DNA from: Promethearchaeota archaeon
GTDB taxonomy: Archaea > Asgardarchaeota > Heimdallarchaeia > Hodarchaeales > Hodarchaeaceae
DNA: 64,000 nucleotides
Assembly (NCBI GenBank): GCA_048938105.1
Contig: JBHLMN010000017.1
Coordinates: forward strand, 32,001-96,000
Direction of reading: 5' to 3'
Numbering within the stretch: the first letter of the stretch is position 1; each line of letters begins with the position of its first letter. Below the pieces are notes generated by a model. It was not told the DNA's origin, did no database searches, and saw only the letters and a list, made by a program, of their open reading frames with translations. Below are positions 9,882-20,109 of the stretch, one piece after another. The position numbers and the translations under genes were made by a program.

Positions 9882-12275
9882 GTGAGCAGTATGTCTGAAG
9901 ATGCTGTGTTGAATGATCTTAAAGGCCTTAAATCAAAGGACAACGACATTAAATGGACTTCGATTAATAATCTGAAAAAATACTTACAGGCAAACCCAAA
10001 TCCCACGGATTTTCGTTTCCGAATGATTGTTAAATCATTGTTACCTTTCATTAAAGCTCCCCAAGATAATATCCGAGAGAATGCATTTGGGGCATTATTA
10101 GAAGCTATTAAAGATACTAAAAACGTCGGACCCTTGGTTAATTCGGCTCTTTCGGATTCTAGTCCTGGAATTCGCTCATTGGCTCTCGAATGGCTTAGTG
10201 ACAAGAATCATCCTCAACTTAAAGCTCATGTAATCAAAGCTTTGAGTGATCCAGCAGAAGTAGTTCGAAAAACTGCAATGGATATTGTGGTAACACATCA
10301 AATAGAGGGGGTGGAGACACAGCTGTTAAGATTATTGGAATCGGAATCAGGTGGCCTTCGGAGAGCAATAATATATGCCCTTGGAAAGTTAAAAACACCT
10401 AGAGCAATTGGTACTCTCATTGAGATTATGCGGAATCCTGATTATGATGATTGGACTAGAAATCAGGCAGGATCTGCATTAGAACACATGGGAGGACGAG
10501 AACTGATTGGTCCCTTTATTGAAAATCTTATTGACACTAATGACTATGTTAGAGAGTCTGCAGCTGCTTTTTTAAGTAAAAATGAACAAGAAATCGTACC
10601 AGTGGTTATGTCAACTGGTAGAGTTGACTTGATAGCTTTTCTACAACATGCCACAGATACTACAAAACAGAATTTTGATTCTGCAATTTCCACTCTTACA
10701 ACACAAATGGCTTTTGCAATTCAGGACCTTAAAACTCGACTATTGGCGAAAGATAAATTAGATTTATCAGAATTAGCAGTTGAATTACAATCAAACATAA
10801 TCGCCATTAAGGTTTTAGCCGAAAAAATATTAGCTTTAAGACTTATTCCTCTCTCGAACAATACATTTCTTACTGAAACAGGTTTAAAGAGATTATTAAC
10901 GGCAGAATTAGAAGAGAAAAGATCTATCTATATTCCAACACTTAGACATGAGGATCCATTCAATCAATTAGCTCCTGAAATATTAGAAGAAGTAATTTCT
11001 ACAATCTCGAATAGCTATAAAATTAACCCAGAATTTTTCTTAACAAATGAGGTTTTTACTAAGTTTTCCTCTGAATTTCAGAATACTGGTATTCTCAATC
11101 TTGTTAATATTACTAATGAGATAAATCAACTAAACGAACTAGTCAAAAAAGAATTGATACCTGCTCTGAATCCCTCAAATGTAGGGTGGTATAACTCTCA
11201 CAATGAGTACATATCGAAAAAATTCCTACAATCTCAAATAGAGCAACAAATAAATCGTGATTCCATTATTTCGCTTGATAACTTTTTGACTCAAATTGGA
11301 TCTCCAAAAATTGAGTTTACGATTTTAAAAGCAATTATTGATGATCAGTTTCAAGGAAGATGGCTAGAAGATATCAAGGTCTTTTTGGAAAAGATGGAAT
11401 TCCAAAAACTTAAGGATGATTCAGCAGGTATTGATGAATCACGGGTTGGCCATCTTCTCCAACGGATTTCCATGGATTTTCCAAGGTTTCTCCAGTCTTT
11501 ACAAAAGATTCTAGATATAAAGACTTATAAAACAAGAGATGGACAACTCATTACTCTTGAGAATCTTCATCCTCAACTCCAACAAAAAATCATTGGAAAA
11601 GGTTATCTTTCCATTCCTGAGTTTATAAAAGAAGTAAAATTAGATAAAATGGTAAATTTAATCAAACCAGTCATCTTAAATTATATTACTCAAGAATTTA
11701 GTGGGAGTACTACCCCTGATAGTAATTATTTTTTCACCGAAGACCTGATTGCTGATGTTAGTAATGAAATTAAGGCTAAAACACGAATTAATTTTGGTGT
11801 TCTAGCATTCAAAATGGATTTGGCAAAAGATCTTCTTATGCTATTAGTAACACAAATCTTATTTGTTAGGGGATTCACAAATACGATAGGAGAATTTGTA
11901 ACTGAAAGGGGCATTAATCAAGAAATTCAAGGAATCCTAGAATATCGAGAAGAATTTACACTTCAAGAACTCTTGGAAATTCTTGAAATTGTTAAAGACA
12001 AGAAAAATGAACTGATAGTTCGAGATTTAATATCTGATGATAATAATCTATTAATTTCAAATGATAGTAAAGTTGTGATGACCCAGAAGAGGGCTCTTAA
12101 TAAAGTTATTGACTATATAAAACAACCAATTCAGCAAACAAAAGAAATAATTACTTGGGAAGAGATCAGTCGTGAAACAAATATTTCTAACATCGACCTG
12201 AGAGCCATACTAGACTCTTTAATTCAGAATAATTTATTGCCAGGAACTTTAACTGAAAAAGGTTATCACCTTTAG
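9882..12275 (+). CDS. HEAT-repeat protein with tandem winged-helix (PCI/UFL1-like) C-terminal repeats
   Basis: N-terminal HEAT repeats (LSDSSPGIRSLA, LSDPAEVVRKTA, LIDTNDYVRESAA); repeated FLT/YIS...L...GI/L-x-L units ending in LDSLIQNNLLPGTL. Confidence 0.65.
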   Translation: MSSMSEDAVLNDLKGLKSKDNDIKWTSINNLKKYLQANPNPTDFRFRMIVKSLLPFIKAPQDNIRENAFGALLEAIKDTKNVGPLVNSALSDSSPGIRSLALEWLSDKNHPQLKAHVIKALSDPAEVVRKTAMDIVVTHQIEGVETQLLRLLESESGGLRRAIIYALGKLKTPRAIGTLIEIMRNPDYDDWTRNQAGSALEHMGGRELIGPFIENLIDTNDYVRESAAAFLSKNEQEIVPVVMSTGRVDLIAFLQHATDTTKQNFDSAISTLTTQMAFAIQDLKTRLLAKDKLDLSELAVELQSNIIAIKVLAEKILALRLIPLSNNTFLTETGLKRLLTAELEEKRSIYIPTLRHEDPFNQLAPEILEEVISTISNSYKINPEFFLTNEVFTKFSSEFQNTGILNLVNITNEINQLNELVKKELIPALNPSNVGWYNSHNEYISKKFLQSQIEQQINRDSIISLDNFLTQIGSPKIEFTILKAIIDDQFQGRWLEDIKVFLEKMEFQKLKDDSAGIDESRVGHLLQRISMDFPRFLQSLQKILDIKTYKTRDGQLITLENLHPQLQQKIIGKGYLSIPEFIKEVKLDKMVNLIKPVILNYITQEFSGSTTPDSNYFFTEDLIADVSNEIKAKTRINFGVLAFKMDLAKDLLMLLVTQILFVRGFTNTIGEFVTERGINQEIQGILEYREEFTLQELLEILEIVKDKKNELIVRDLISDDNNLLISNDSKVVMTQKRALNKVIDYIKQPIQQTKEIITWEEISRETNISNIDLRAILDSLIQNNLLPGTLTEKGYHL

Positions 12276-12283
12276 ATTCTGAA

Positions 12284-13015
12284 TTGACTCAGGATACGAG
12301 AAATATGACACAGCCTTTACAAATTATAGTGGATCATCGAGAGCCAGAAGAACTCAAAAAGAGACTTATTAAACTTGGTATGGAGGTTGAGGAGCAGCAA
12401 TTAGACATTGCGGATTATGTAGTATCAGACCAAGTGGCTTGTGAACGAAAGACTGGGATAGACTTGATCACATCTTTAATGGATAATCGTCTTTTTGAGC
12501 AAATAGATCGCTTAATAGAAACCTATGATCAACCATTGTTGCTTTTAGAAGATTTACCCTCTGCTTTTGAAAGAATTGAATGGAAAAAAAGAAAAAAACA
12601 CGTTTATGGGGCTTTAACATACATATTCTTACGTAGACAATTACCAGTGATACCAACATCACAAATGAGTGAGACTGCTATTGCTCTAAACAGGATTGCA
12701 TCATGGGTTCAAGAAGAGCATGATGATCCGATAATAGCACGAAAATCTCCAAAAGCACGAGCTTTGCATGACAATCAACTATTTTTTCTACAAGGACTCC
12801 ATAATACAGGCCAAAAAAAAGCAAAAATCTTACTTGATGCGTTTGAATCACCAATAGAAGTCTTAAATGCACTTCTCGATTCAAAAGTAATTTATACAAA
12901 AACAGGGAATCCTAAAGGAGTTGAAGGGGCATTTAGAAATCTTGAGGGATTCGGACCAAAATATCTTTTGAAGAATCAAAAGCTTTTACGATTATCTGAA
13001 AAAAATTCTTCGTAG
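12284..13015 (+). CDS. xpf: Short ERCC4/XPF-type structure-specific nuclease without helicase domain
   Basis: IIVDHRE, ADYVV, ERKTGID, RLFEQ, C-terminal HhH-like motifs (GLHNTGQKKA, EGFGPK). Confidence 0.85.
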   Translation: MTQDTRNMTQPLQIIVDHREPEELKKRLIKLGMEVEEQQLDIADYVVSDQVACERKTGIDLITSLMDNRLFEQIDRLIETYDQPLLLLEDLPSAFERIEWKKRKKHVYGALTYIFLRRQLPVIPTSQMSETAIALNRIASWVQEEHDDPIIARKSPKARALHDNQLFFLQGLHNTGQKKAKILLDAFESPIEVLNALLDSKVIYTKTGNPKGVEGAFRNLEGFGPKYLLKNQKLLRLSEKNSS

Positions 13016-13088
13016 AAGAAATTCTCTCATTTTCAGTCATTTTTACTTCAGAGATGGATGCTAATCTCGAGAAAAAATACCCCCTAAT

Positions 13089-13307
13089 CTATTGCCATAG
13101 ACTTGGATCAATTAAATCGTTTAAAATGCAACCAGGCGAAGATATACTTCTGCAAAATGATAACCAAGGACAATTTATTTCACAATACGGATGAGGGGTA
13201 GAATTTAACTTTTCTTTAACTCTCTGTAGTTCCTCAAGTAATAAACTTCTCGTAGAGAGCCTACTTGATATGTTTCTTTGATAAAGGGAAAAAGTTTCGG
13301 AACCCAT
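13089..13307 (-). CDS. Small hypothetical protein with four Cys
   Basis: 72 aa ORF with CEINCPWLSFC...GC; a TTTTATAA TATA-like box lies upstream near 13341-13349. Confidence 0.5.
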   Translation of the reverse strand: MGSETFSLYQRNISSRLSTRSLLLEELQRVKEKLNSTPHPYCEINCPWLSFCRSISSPGCILNDLIDPSLWQ

Positions 13308-13417
13308 ACACTTTCATTTCATTAACAGACCGTTAACTCCTTATAAAAGCTTCTATTATCTTTATAAGTAAAACAGGAGAGGGAGGTCACCGAAAATGAC
13401 GAAAATGAAGGAATTTG

Positions 13418-14215
13418 TTAATCATAGCTATAGCTAAGGTCTGGGAATTTTCCTTCTCGTACTTCTTGATTGTATTCTTTAACTGCTCTTAAAATCTGTT
13501 CTTTCAGGTTTAAATATCTTTTAACGAATTTTGCTTTGAAATCGAAATAGCCAAGCATGTCATAGGTTACTAACACTTGTCCATCACAATAAGGCCCTGC
13601 TCCGATTCCAATAGTGGGGATAGAAATGGATTCAGTTATTTTTTTTGCGACTTTCCAGGGAATAGCTTCTAATACAAGAGAAAAAATCCCTGCTTCTTCG
13701 AGTTTCTTTGATTCTTCGATAAGTAACTTTGCTGCCTCTTCAGTACGGCCTTGTACTTTAAAACCTCCAAATTTATGAATAGATTGTGGAGTAAGTCCTA
13801 AATGACCCATAACAGGGATTCCTGCGTCCAATATTCCCCGTATTGCATCACACCGTTCACTTCCCCCTTCTAGCTTTATAGCTTCTGCTTTACCTATTTT
13901 AATCAATTTGACTGAATTCCGAACAGCTTCCTCTGCAGAAACTTGAAAAGTTCCGAAAGGTAGGTCACCAATTACCATGGCTTGCTTTGTACCTCTTGCA
14001 ACAGCTTGAGTATGACGAATTGAATCTTCTAGAGTAACAGTCAACGTAGTCGGATTACCATGAACCACCATACCCATAGTATCCCCAACAAGTAATAAAT
14101 CGGTTCCAGCTTCATCCATAATCGAAGCCATTACGAAATCATATGCTGTAAGCATCGTTATTTTTTCTCCCGTTTTTTTCATCTCTAATATATCCAAAAT
14201 TGTTTTCTTCTTCAT
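13418..14215 (-). CDS. panB: 3-methyl-2-oxobutanoate hydroxymethyltransferase
   Basis: MLTAYD, LLVGD, DLPFG, KLEGG, GHLGLTPQS, GIGAG, DGQVLV. Confidence 0.97.
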   Translation of the reverse strand: MKKKTILDILEMKKTGEKITMLTAYDFVMASIMDEAGTDLLLVGDTMGMVVHGNPTTLTVTLEDSIRHTQAVARGTKQAMVIGDLPFGTFQVSAEEAVRNSVKLIKIGKAEAIKLEGGSERCDAIRGILDAGIPVMGHLGLTPQSIHKFGGFKVQGRTEEAAKLLIEESKKLEEAGIFSLVLEAIPWKVAKKITESISIPTIGIGAGPYCDGQVLVTYDMLGYFDFKAKFVKRYLNLKEQILRAVKEYNQEVREGKFPDLSYSYD

Positions 14216-14217
14216 AG

Positions 14218-15003
14218 TTATACCTCATATAATTTTTGATCACTAGCGAGTTCCTCGAGTCGGGAAGACATAAATTTCAGGGCTTCCTGTAATAGTGTTA
14301 CATTATTAACCTGCTTTTTTTCCTTCTTTAATTCTTGAATATTCATTTTACTAAATTTTTTGGCAAAATTAACCATTTCTATTATTGCTCTTGTAATGTT
14401 ATTAGTTATAGAAACTGAAGCTGCCAAAGAGGTTCGTGATAGTGGATTTAGATCAACAGCAACAACGTCTTTCCCCAGGTTTCTAAGTGCCATTGCACGA
14501 TCACCATCCTCTAATGGCACAAAAACACAATCAGAACATGCAATACCACGTGAATCGACAATCCTTCGTTGATGAGAAATCTCTGGTATAGAATCTAGGT
14601 ATTCTGGATCAACCCCATATACCTGTTGAGCCCCAGCTCTTGTTAAAATGTCTTTGATAGCAATTTCACGCTCTGGGCTTCTATAAAAGAGATTGATCTC
14701 TAATGGAGCGTTTAATATTTGGCTTAATTGAACGATTTCCTTTGAGCATAAGACTGCCACATTCCCATTAACAGATATAACAGGATGCTTCGCCATTAAT
14801 AACATGATAACAGCCAATTTTTCTTGTTTCAAAGCAAAAGATGGGGTGGCTTCCCCCAATATATAATCAAATGCCTCTCCACGCCCATGTGCAATCAATC
14901 CTGCTTCAGCGACAATTTTTTGATGCATTCCTTCAATCACCTTCTCACGGGTGATTAAAGATTCATATCGGGGATGATCTGGGGGAACTTCTGGTACCAA
15001 CAT
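14218..15003 (-). CDS. pps: Phosphopantothenate synthetase (4-phosphopantoate-beta-alanine ligase)
   Basis: HPRYESL, GLIAHGRGEAFDY, VISVNGN, VPLEDGDR, DLNPLSRT. Confidence 0.93.
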   Translation of the reverse strand: MLVPEVPPDHPRYESLITREKVIEGMHQKIVAEAGLIAHGRGEAFDYILGEATPSFALKQEKLAVIMLLMAKHPVISVNGNVAVLCSKEIVQLSQILNAPLEINLFYRSPEREIAIKDILTRAGAQQVYGVDPEYLDSIPEISHQRRIVDSRGIACSDCVFVPLEDGDRAMALRNLGKDVVAVDLNPLSRTSLAASVSITNNITRAIIEMVNFAKKFSKMNIQELKKEKKQVNNVTLLQEALKFMSSRLEELASDQKLYEV

Positions 15004-15893
15004 TATTCACGTTTTTTCACAGTATTTGTGCAAATTGTTTCCTCAATTATTTGGGCGTTTGGAATGTCAATGTCCGCTAAAGCGGATCTATCACGATAAA
15101 AAATAAAAATTGACTCACCAAGCATTATTTGAGACCCAATCACCCCTTGTGGTAAATTTTTAATGTGTTCCCTTAATTGAGGTGTCAATAAATTAGCTTT
15201 CTCTGTAAAAGCTGTTGATAATTCAATGAAATTATGAAAATAAGGATGAGAAATCAATTCTGAAATTAACTCTCTTCCAGCATCATTCACTGCTTTCCTC
15301 TTTTGTGGATTAGAAAGAACTTCAGATGTGGAAAGAGTACCCAAATGAGCTGTTGCCACTTTCCATTCACCAGTACTTTTTAATGACATTGTTTGGCCAA
15401 TTCCAGGAGCTCCCTCTTTCAAACGAATTTCTAGCCCACCTTGGTAAAGCCCGATAACGTCTCCAAGACCTGTCTTTGTTAATACTTCAGCTTTATGTGC
15501 TACTTGAAACAATTCCAATTCTGGTAAATTTAACTCTAATAAATCATTTAAAGCGAAAGCTGTTCCCACCGCGCTTGCAGCAGAGGCACCATAACCAGAA
15601 GAAAGAGGTACCTCGAAATTATGAAAGATACTCAGATTGGATTGCCGTTTGTCTGGAAGTAGGATTTCAAGTACTCTAGAGGTCACCGCTGCTTCTAATT
15701 CAGTTTTTTTCATCCCATCGAAGAAGATTTCAACATTAGAACTCTTAGCTCGTCTAACAGTGGTTGTTACTCCTCTATTGATAGATAATCCTGCTCCCCG
15801 TGAACCTTGATATAAAAGATTGCTTGATTCATCGCTAATTTCAAAGATTCCAGTTAAGTGAGACGCAACCCAATAAGAGACATCATCGATCAC
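15003..15893 (-). CDS. pok: Pantoate kinase (GHMP family)
   Basis: HLTGIF, GSRGAG, PLSSGYGASAA, AHKAEV..TGLGDV, MLGE; operon context. Confidence 0.9.
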   Translation of the reverse strand: MIDDVSYWVASHLTGIFEISDESSNLLYQGSRGAGLSINRGVTTTVRRAKSSNVEIFFDGMKKTELEAAVTSRVLEILLPDKRQSNLSIFHNFEVPLSSGYGASAASAVGTAFALNDLLELNLPELELFQVAHKAEVLTKTGLGDVIGLYQGGLEIRLKEGAPGIGQTMSLKSTGEWKVATAHLGTLSTSEVLSNPQKRKAVNDAGRELISELISHPYFHNFIELSTAFTEKANLLTPQLREHIKNLPQGVIGSQIMLGESIFIFYRDRSALADIDIPNAQIIEETICTNTVKKRE

Positions 15894-15906
15894 AAGAATT
15901 CCTTCA

Positions 15907-16827
15907 TTATTGTGGATATCTTTCTAGGTGGCGAATCAAATCAGCGATTGCAGCATTAACTGGAGCTTCCAAACCTAAGCGTTTACTTTCTTGGACAATA
16001 AAGCCATTAATATAATCAATCTCTGTTTTACGTCCTCTTACAATATCCTGAAGCATACTGCATCGGTTATCCTTAGTTTTTTCCATAACTTTGAGAATAA
16101 ACTCACGAGTCCGAGAAAAGTCTTCATTAGGCAAGTTATGAGCTGCTACCGCTAATCCTTCTTTTAAAATTGCATTAAAAATTCGATTAATTGAAGGTTT
16201 TTCCAGAATTTTGCCATTTGGTACTTGGAGGAGTGCCCCTAGGGGACAAATAGTTGCATTCGTCAATAATTTTTGCCACAGTTTTAGCTGAATTTGTTTA
16301 GTCTTTTTCGCATTGAATCCTGAACCTTGCATAATATTTTGAATTTTTGGTCCAAAACCATTTTCCTCGCCTGAAATAATACCAAATGATGTTTTACCAA
16401 ATGCAACATGCTTAATTATACCAGGATGGATCAGCTCAGCGGCTTCTGTTGTTATTGCTCGAAAAATGGGATTGCGGGGAAAATATTGGCGAAATACTTC
16501 CTCATTTCCCATTCCATTCTGTAGAACGAAAATTGAGGTCGTTTTAGGGATTTTTCCTACCATACTATTTGCTACAACCCCATTATCATATGCTTTTGTT
16601 GTTATGAAAACTGTATCAGGCGTTACTACTTCTGGTAGAAAATTTGTCCCAGCTGGAAAATGAGATAATAATTCTTCCTGGTTCTCTATAATACGGAGCC
16701 CCTTTTTGTTAATTTCAGCCACATGCGGATCTCGACCGATAACAGACACATCATATCCAAAATAGGCTATTCTGCCTGCAAAGAGAGAGCCAATGCTGCC
16801 AGCACCGAAAACAGTTATATTCATCAA
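15907..16827 (-). CDS. panE: 2-dehydropantoate 2-reductase
   Basis: GAGSIG, TTKAYD, LQNGMG, WQKLLTN, SMLQD...TEIDYING. Confidence 0.95.
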   Translation of the reverse strand: MMNITVFGAGSIGSLFAGRIAYFGYDVSVIGRDPHVAEINKKGLRIIENQEELLSHFPAGTNFLPEVVTPDTVFITTKAYDNGVVANSMVGKIPKTTSIFVLQNGMGNEEVFRQYFPRNPIFRAITTEAAELIHPGIIKHVAFGKTSFGIISGEENGFGPKIQNIMQGSGFNAKKTKQIQLKLWQKLLTNATICPLGALLQVPNGKILEKPSINRIFNAILKEGLAVAAHNLPNEDFSRTREFILKVMEKTKDNRCSMLQDIVRGRKTEIDYINGFIVQESKRLGLEAPVNAAIADLIRHLERYPQ

Positions 16828-18089
16828 TCAGCACTCCTAATATCGAATTCTTCGGTAATAATTTCAGCAATACGTTCTCCAATCATCATTTTTGAACCCG
16901 TGAAATGAATAGGAGGGATTCCAGACCGGATAACAAAAATATCATTAGTTTCTGACACGAATCCTTTTGTTGGCTCCCCCACCCAATTAGCACAAACCAT
17001 GTTTAATTTATGCTTCTCTAGTAACGTTCTTCCTCTTTTCAGTAATTCTTCCTCAGTGATACCTACCTCGGCTTTATAAGCGACTAAATAAATATTTGGA
17101 TAGCTTTCCCTAATCTTTTCAATAATTTTAACGGTAGGTACCAACTTGAGTGTTAAGTTTGTCTGTTTTGAAGGGATCTTACCAGTTTGATACTGCGGTT
17201 TGTAATCTGAAACAGCTGCCACTGCGATTAAGCCATGATAATCCAGATTGGAAAGCTCTCTCTGAACTTCATCATACATATCTTGTGTTGAACGGACGAT
17301 TTTCACTGGAAATGATACTCTTTCCAAATTTAGATTATGACCCTCTCCTAGAATTAGTACAATCTCCGCTCCATGATCTTTCAAAGCATTAGCCACTTGA
17401 TATGCTGACAATCCCGTGGATGGATTCGAAAGAAAGCGTACATCATCCAAATATTCGCGAGTTGCTCCACCTGTAATTAGAAAGCGTTTATCCTTTAATT
17501 TCTTGGTTCGATTGATTAACATGAATATATTTTGCATTAATTGGTTTAAAGGGGGAAATTTATATTTATTTTCAACCTCAGCTAAGTCTGAAAAGGTCAC
17601 ATTTTGTTTTTTCAAATAGGAAATATTTTTTTCAAGAATAGGATTATCCAACAAAACAGTATGTGCAGCAGGAACAATAAATAATGGGATTTTAGCTCCA
17701 AATGCTGCCAATGCAACTAAGGTAACTGGCCCGTCTGCAATTCCATTAGCAAGTTTAGAAATAGTATTAGCAGTAGCAGGACAAATCATGCATAGATCTA
17801 CCTTATGATCTGGATGAGAAACCCATTTTACGTGTTCAGACCTTCCCGAGATTTGAGTTATTGGTTCTTTGTCCATACACCACGTTAATGCATCTGTAGC
17901 TATTAAACGGGTGGCCTCCTCCGAAAGTACAACGATGGGATCACCTTCGTAACGTAAAATTTCTCTTACAAGATGGGGAACTTCAATAACCGCTATGGAT
18001 CCTGTAATAGCTAGTAAAATGCGTTTATTCCTTAGCTGATTTCCTTTGGACCCAAATATTTCAGCAATCCCCATTGTATGTATCTCCAA
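16824..18089 (-). CDS. coaBC: Bifunctional phosphopantothenoylcysteine decarboxylase/synthetase
   Basis: ITGSIA, PATANTISK..GIAD, TGGATREYLDDVRFLSNPSTG, AAVSDY, YKAE. Confidence 0.93.
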   Translation of the reverse strand: MEIHTMGIAEIFGSKGNQLRNKRILLAITGSIAVIEVPHLVREILRYEGDPIVVLSEEATRLIATDALTWCMDKEPITQISGRSEHVKWVSHPDHKVDLCMICPATANTISKLANGIADGPVTLVALAAFGAKIPLFIVPAAHTVLLDNPILEKNISYLKKQNVTFSDLAEVENKYKFPPLNQLMQNIFMLINRTKKLKDKRFLITGGATREYLDDVRFLSNPSTGLSAYQVANALKDHGAEIVLILGEGHNLNLERVSFPVKIVRSTQDMYDEVQRELSNLDYHGLIAVAAVSDYKPQYQTGKIPSKQTNLTLKLVPTVKIIEKIRESYPNIYLVAYKAEVGITEEELLKRGRTLLEKHKLNMVCANWVGEPTKGFVSETNDIFVIRSGIPPIHFTGSKMMIGERIAEIITEEFDIRSAD

Positions 18090-18332
18090 TTTATACTCAA
18101 TTTCTGTTTCGTTTGTAATTATAACCTCAATTGATTCTTTTTAAGAATCAGGGTTATACCGTTCTTTTTTGTATAATCGAATGAGAGACGTATATACTGT
18201 ATTGTTTGAAAAATACAAAAGAATAAAATCAAGCCTAAAGCACATAAAGGAGAAGAATAATGAGGTTTATGAGAGTAAAACAAACTTGATGTAAGAAATA
18301 TTTCTTATGACTCCCATGAGAAAAGAAGATTA

Positions 18333-19214
18333 GTGATTTGGATAATGTTTTATTATCAAATAATTGGTGACCAATACCTAACGAACTTTGCTGATGGTAT
18401 CTTATTCTCTATATTTGCTTTTATAATTGGAATTATTTCCTCTGCCCTAGGAGTTGGAGGAGGTTTTATCACAACACCTGCATTGATTCTGTTAGGAATT
18501 GAGGAAAGCTTTGCAATTGGCACAGTCTTATTTATGATAATTTTCACTGCACTTTCAGCAACGATCGCTTATGCACGACAACCAAACACAATTGAATATC
18601 GTACAGGTCTTTTAATTGCAATCACAACAGTCGTGGGGGCACTTTTAGGTAGCTTGACCAGCTCATATTTAGCCACTGAAGCCCCTCAAGTATTTCGAAT
18701 TGTTTTTGCATTATGTTTATTTCCAATTTCAGTAAAAATGATAGTTTTTCCTAAACAGAAAAAAAAAGTATTAGAGACTGGTGAGGAGGTTGATCATGAT
18801 GAAATCGTATTATTCGGGTTTGAACGCCGAGAACTTTGGAGTACTTTCTTTGGATTGATTGCAGGGTTTGCCTCTGGTCTGCTAGGGATTGGAGGTGGTG
18901 TTGTGATGGTTCCAATCCTAGTTCACATAGGTAAGTTAAGTATGCATAAAGCAGTTGCCACTTCAATGTTTATCATGATCGCTACTAGTATAGCGGGGGC
19001 TACCGTGAAAATTTCAATGGGCCAGATTTATCCTGATTTAGCCCTTTTTCTCATACTAGGAATCATACTAGGAGCTCAAGTTGGACCGAGAATAATGAAA
19101 AAGATTGAAACTAAACGTCTTCAACAGATTTTTGGATTTGTGATGATGATCGCTCTAATTTCAATCGCAATCGGGCGGGATTATATTGTCGCTCTGATCC
19201 AAGGTCTTTTCTGA
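18333..19214 (+). CDS. TauE/SafE (TSUP) family membrane transporter
   Basis: Duplicated LGVGGG / LGIGGG motifs, AVATS, about 8 TM segments. Confidence 0.88.
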   Translation: MIWIMFYYQIIGDQYLTNFADGILFSIFAFIIGIISSALGVGGGFITTPALILLGIEESFAIGTVLFMIIFTALSATIAYARQPNTIEYRTGLLIAITTVVGALLGSLTSSYLATEAPQVFRIVFALCLFPISVKMIVFPKQKKKVLETGEEVDHDEIVLFGFERRELWSTFFGLIAGFASGLLGIGGGVVMVPILVHIGKLSMHKAVATSMFIMIATSIAGATVKISMGQIYPDLALFLILGIILGAQVGPRIMKKIETKRLQQIFGFVMMIALISIAIGRDYIVALIQGLF

Positions 19215-19356
19215 AGATCTTATTTTTTTGCTAAAAAGCACAAGAATATAAACTACTAGGTAAAATAATTTGATAGAGAAGTTATATAATAATATTCAAA
19301 CCATAATATATATGAATATACTGTGATATCAGTAACACAATCACTCTGGTGCTAAA

Positions 19357-19752
19357 ATGATGGAAGGCAACGCAATTCTTGTAGTTGATGACGAAGAAGA
19401 TACTGTTGAACTTGCCAGGATGGTTCTAGAATACGAAGGTTACCGTGTTTTTTCTGCAAGTAACGGAGAGGAAGCAATCCAATTTCTCAACTCGAATTCT
19501 GAAAAACCAGATCTAGTCCTTTTAGATGTTCTTATGCCTAAGGTTAATGGCTTAGAAGTATGTAAATGGATTAAGGATAATCCCAAACTAAAGAATATTC
19601 CCGTTCTACTTTTTACAGCGAAGGTGGGAAAAAAAGATAGAATTGCAGGGGAAGAAGCAGGTGCAGATGCCTATATTAATAAACCCTTCAGTGCCGATGA
19701 TTTACTTAACTTAATAAAAATACATCTCGAGAGTACTAAGAACCTATCGTAA
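19357..19752 (+). CDS. Single-domain response regulator (REC)
   Basis: ILVVDDE, DLVLLDVLMP, FTA, YINKPF. Confidence 0.93.
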   Translation: MMEGNAILVVDDEEDTVELARMVLEYEGYRVFSASNGEEAIQFLNSNSEKPDLVLLDVLMPKVNGLEVCKWIKDNPKLKNIPVLLFTAKVGKKDRIAGEEAGADAYINKPFSADDLLNLIKIHLESTKNLS

Positions 19753-20109
19753 TTATTTATTTTCATTGTTATCTTCAGGAAGTCCTTCGATCTCCTGAAT
19801 GAACGCAGTAGCGTGAGGGAAAAAACTTGATAAGCCGTGAACTAAGCTTAACGAGTAATCAACTATTCGGAAAGTTACCTGAAAATGAATTTCCTGAATG
19901 GAAAGATTAAGAGAAAGATGAACGTCGAGACTGGTTTCTCTTCTTTCCATAAATCGGAAAGTGATATCATTTTTGTCCAAAACCTGTAAACAATCCCAAA
20001 AATCCTTTGAAGTCACTACTAATAGAATATTTTGTGGTGTATTTTGAATTGCAGCCATAGGAGTACATTTAGATTTTAAGACAGACATTAATGTGTCAAG
20101 ACTTGTCAC
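19753..20109 (-). CDS. Hypothetical protein, weak NuoC/hydrogenase subunit-like pattern
   Basis: Abuts the FAH gene stop; C-terminal VHGLSSFFPHATAFIQEI. Confidence 0.5.
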   Translation of the reverse strand: MTSLDTLMSVLKSKCTPMAAIQNTPQNILLVVTSKDFWDCLQVLDKNDITFRFMERRETSLDVHLSLNLSIQEIHFQVTFRIVDYSLSLVHGLSSFFPHATAFIQEIEGLPEDNNENK

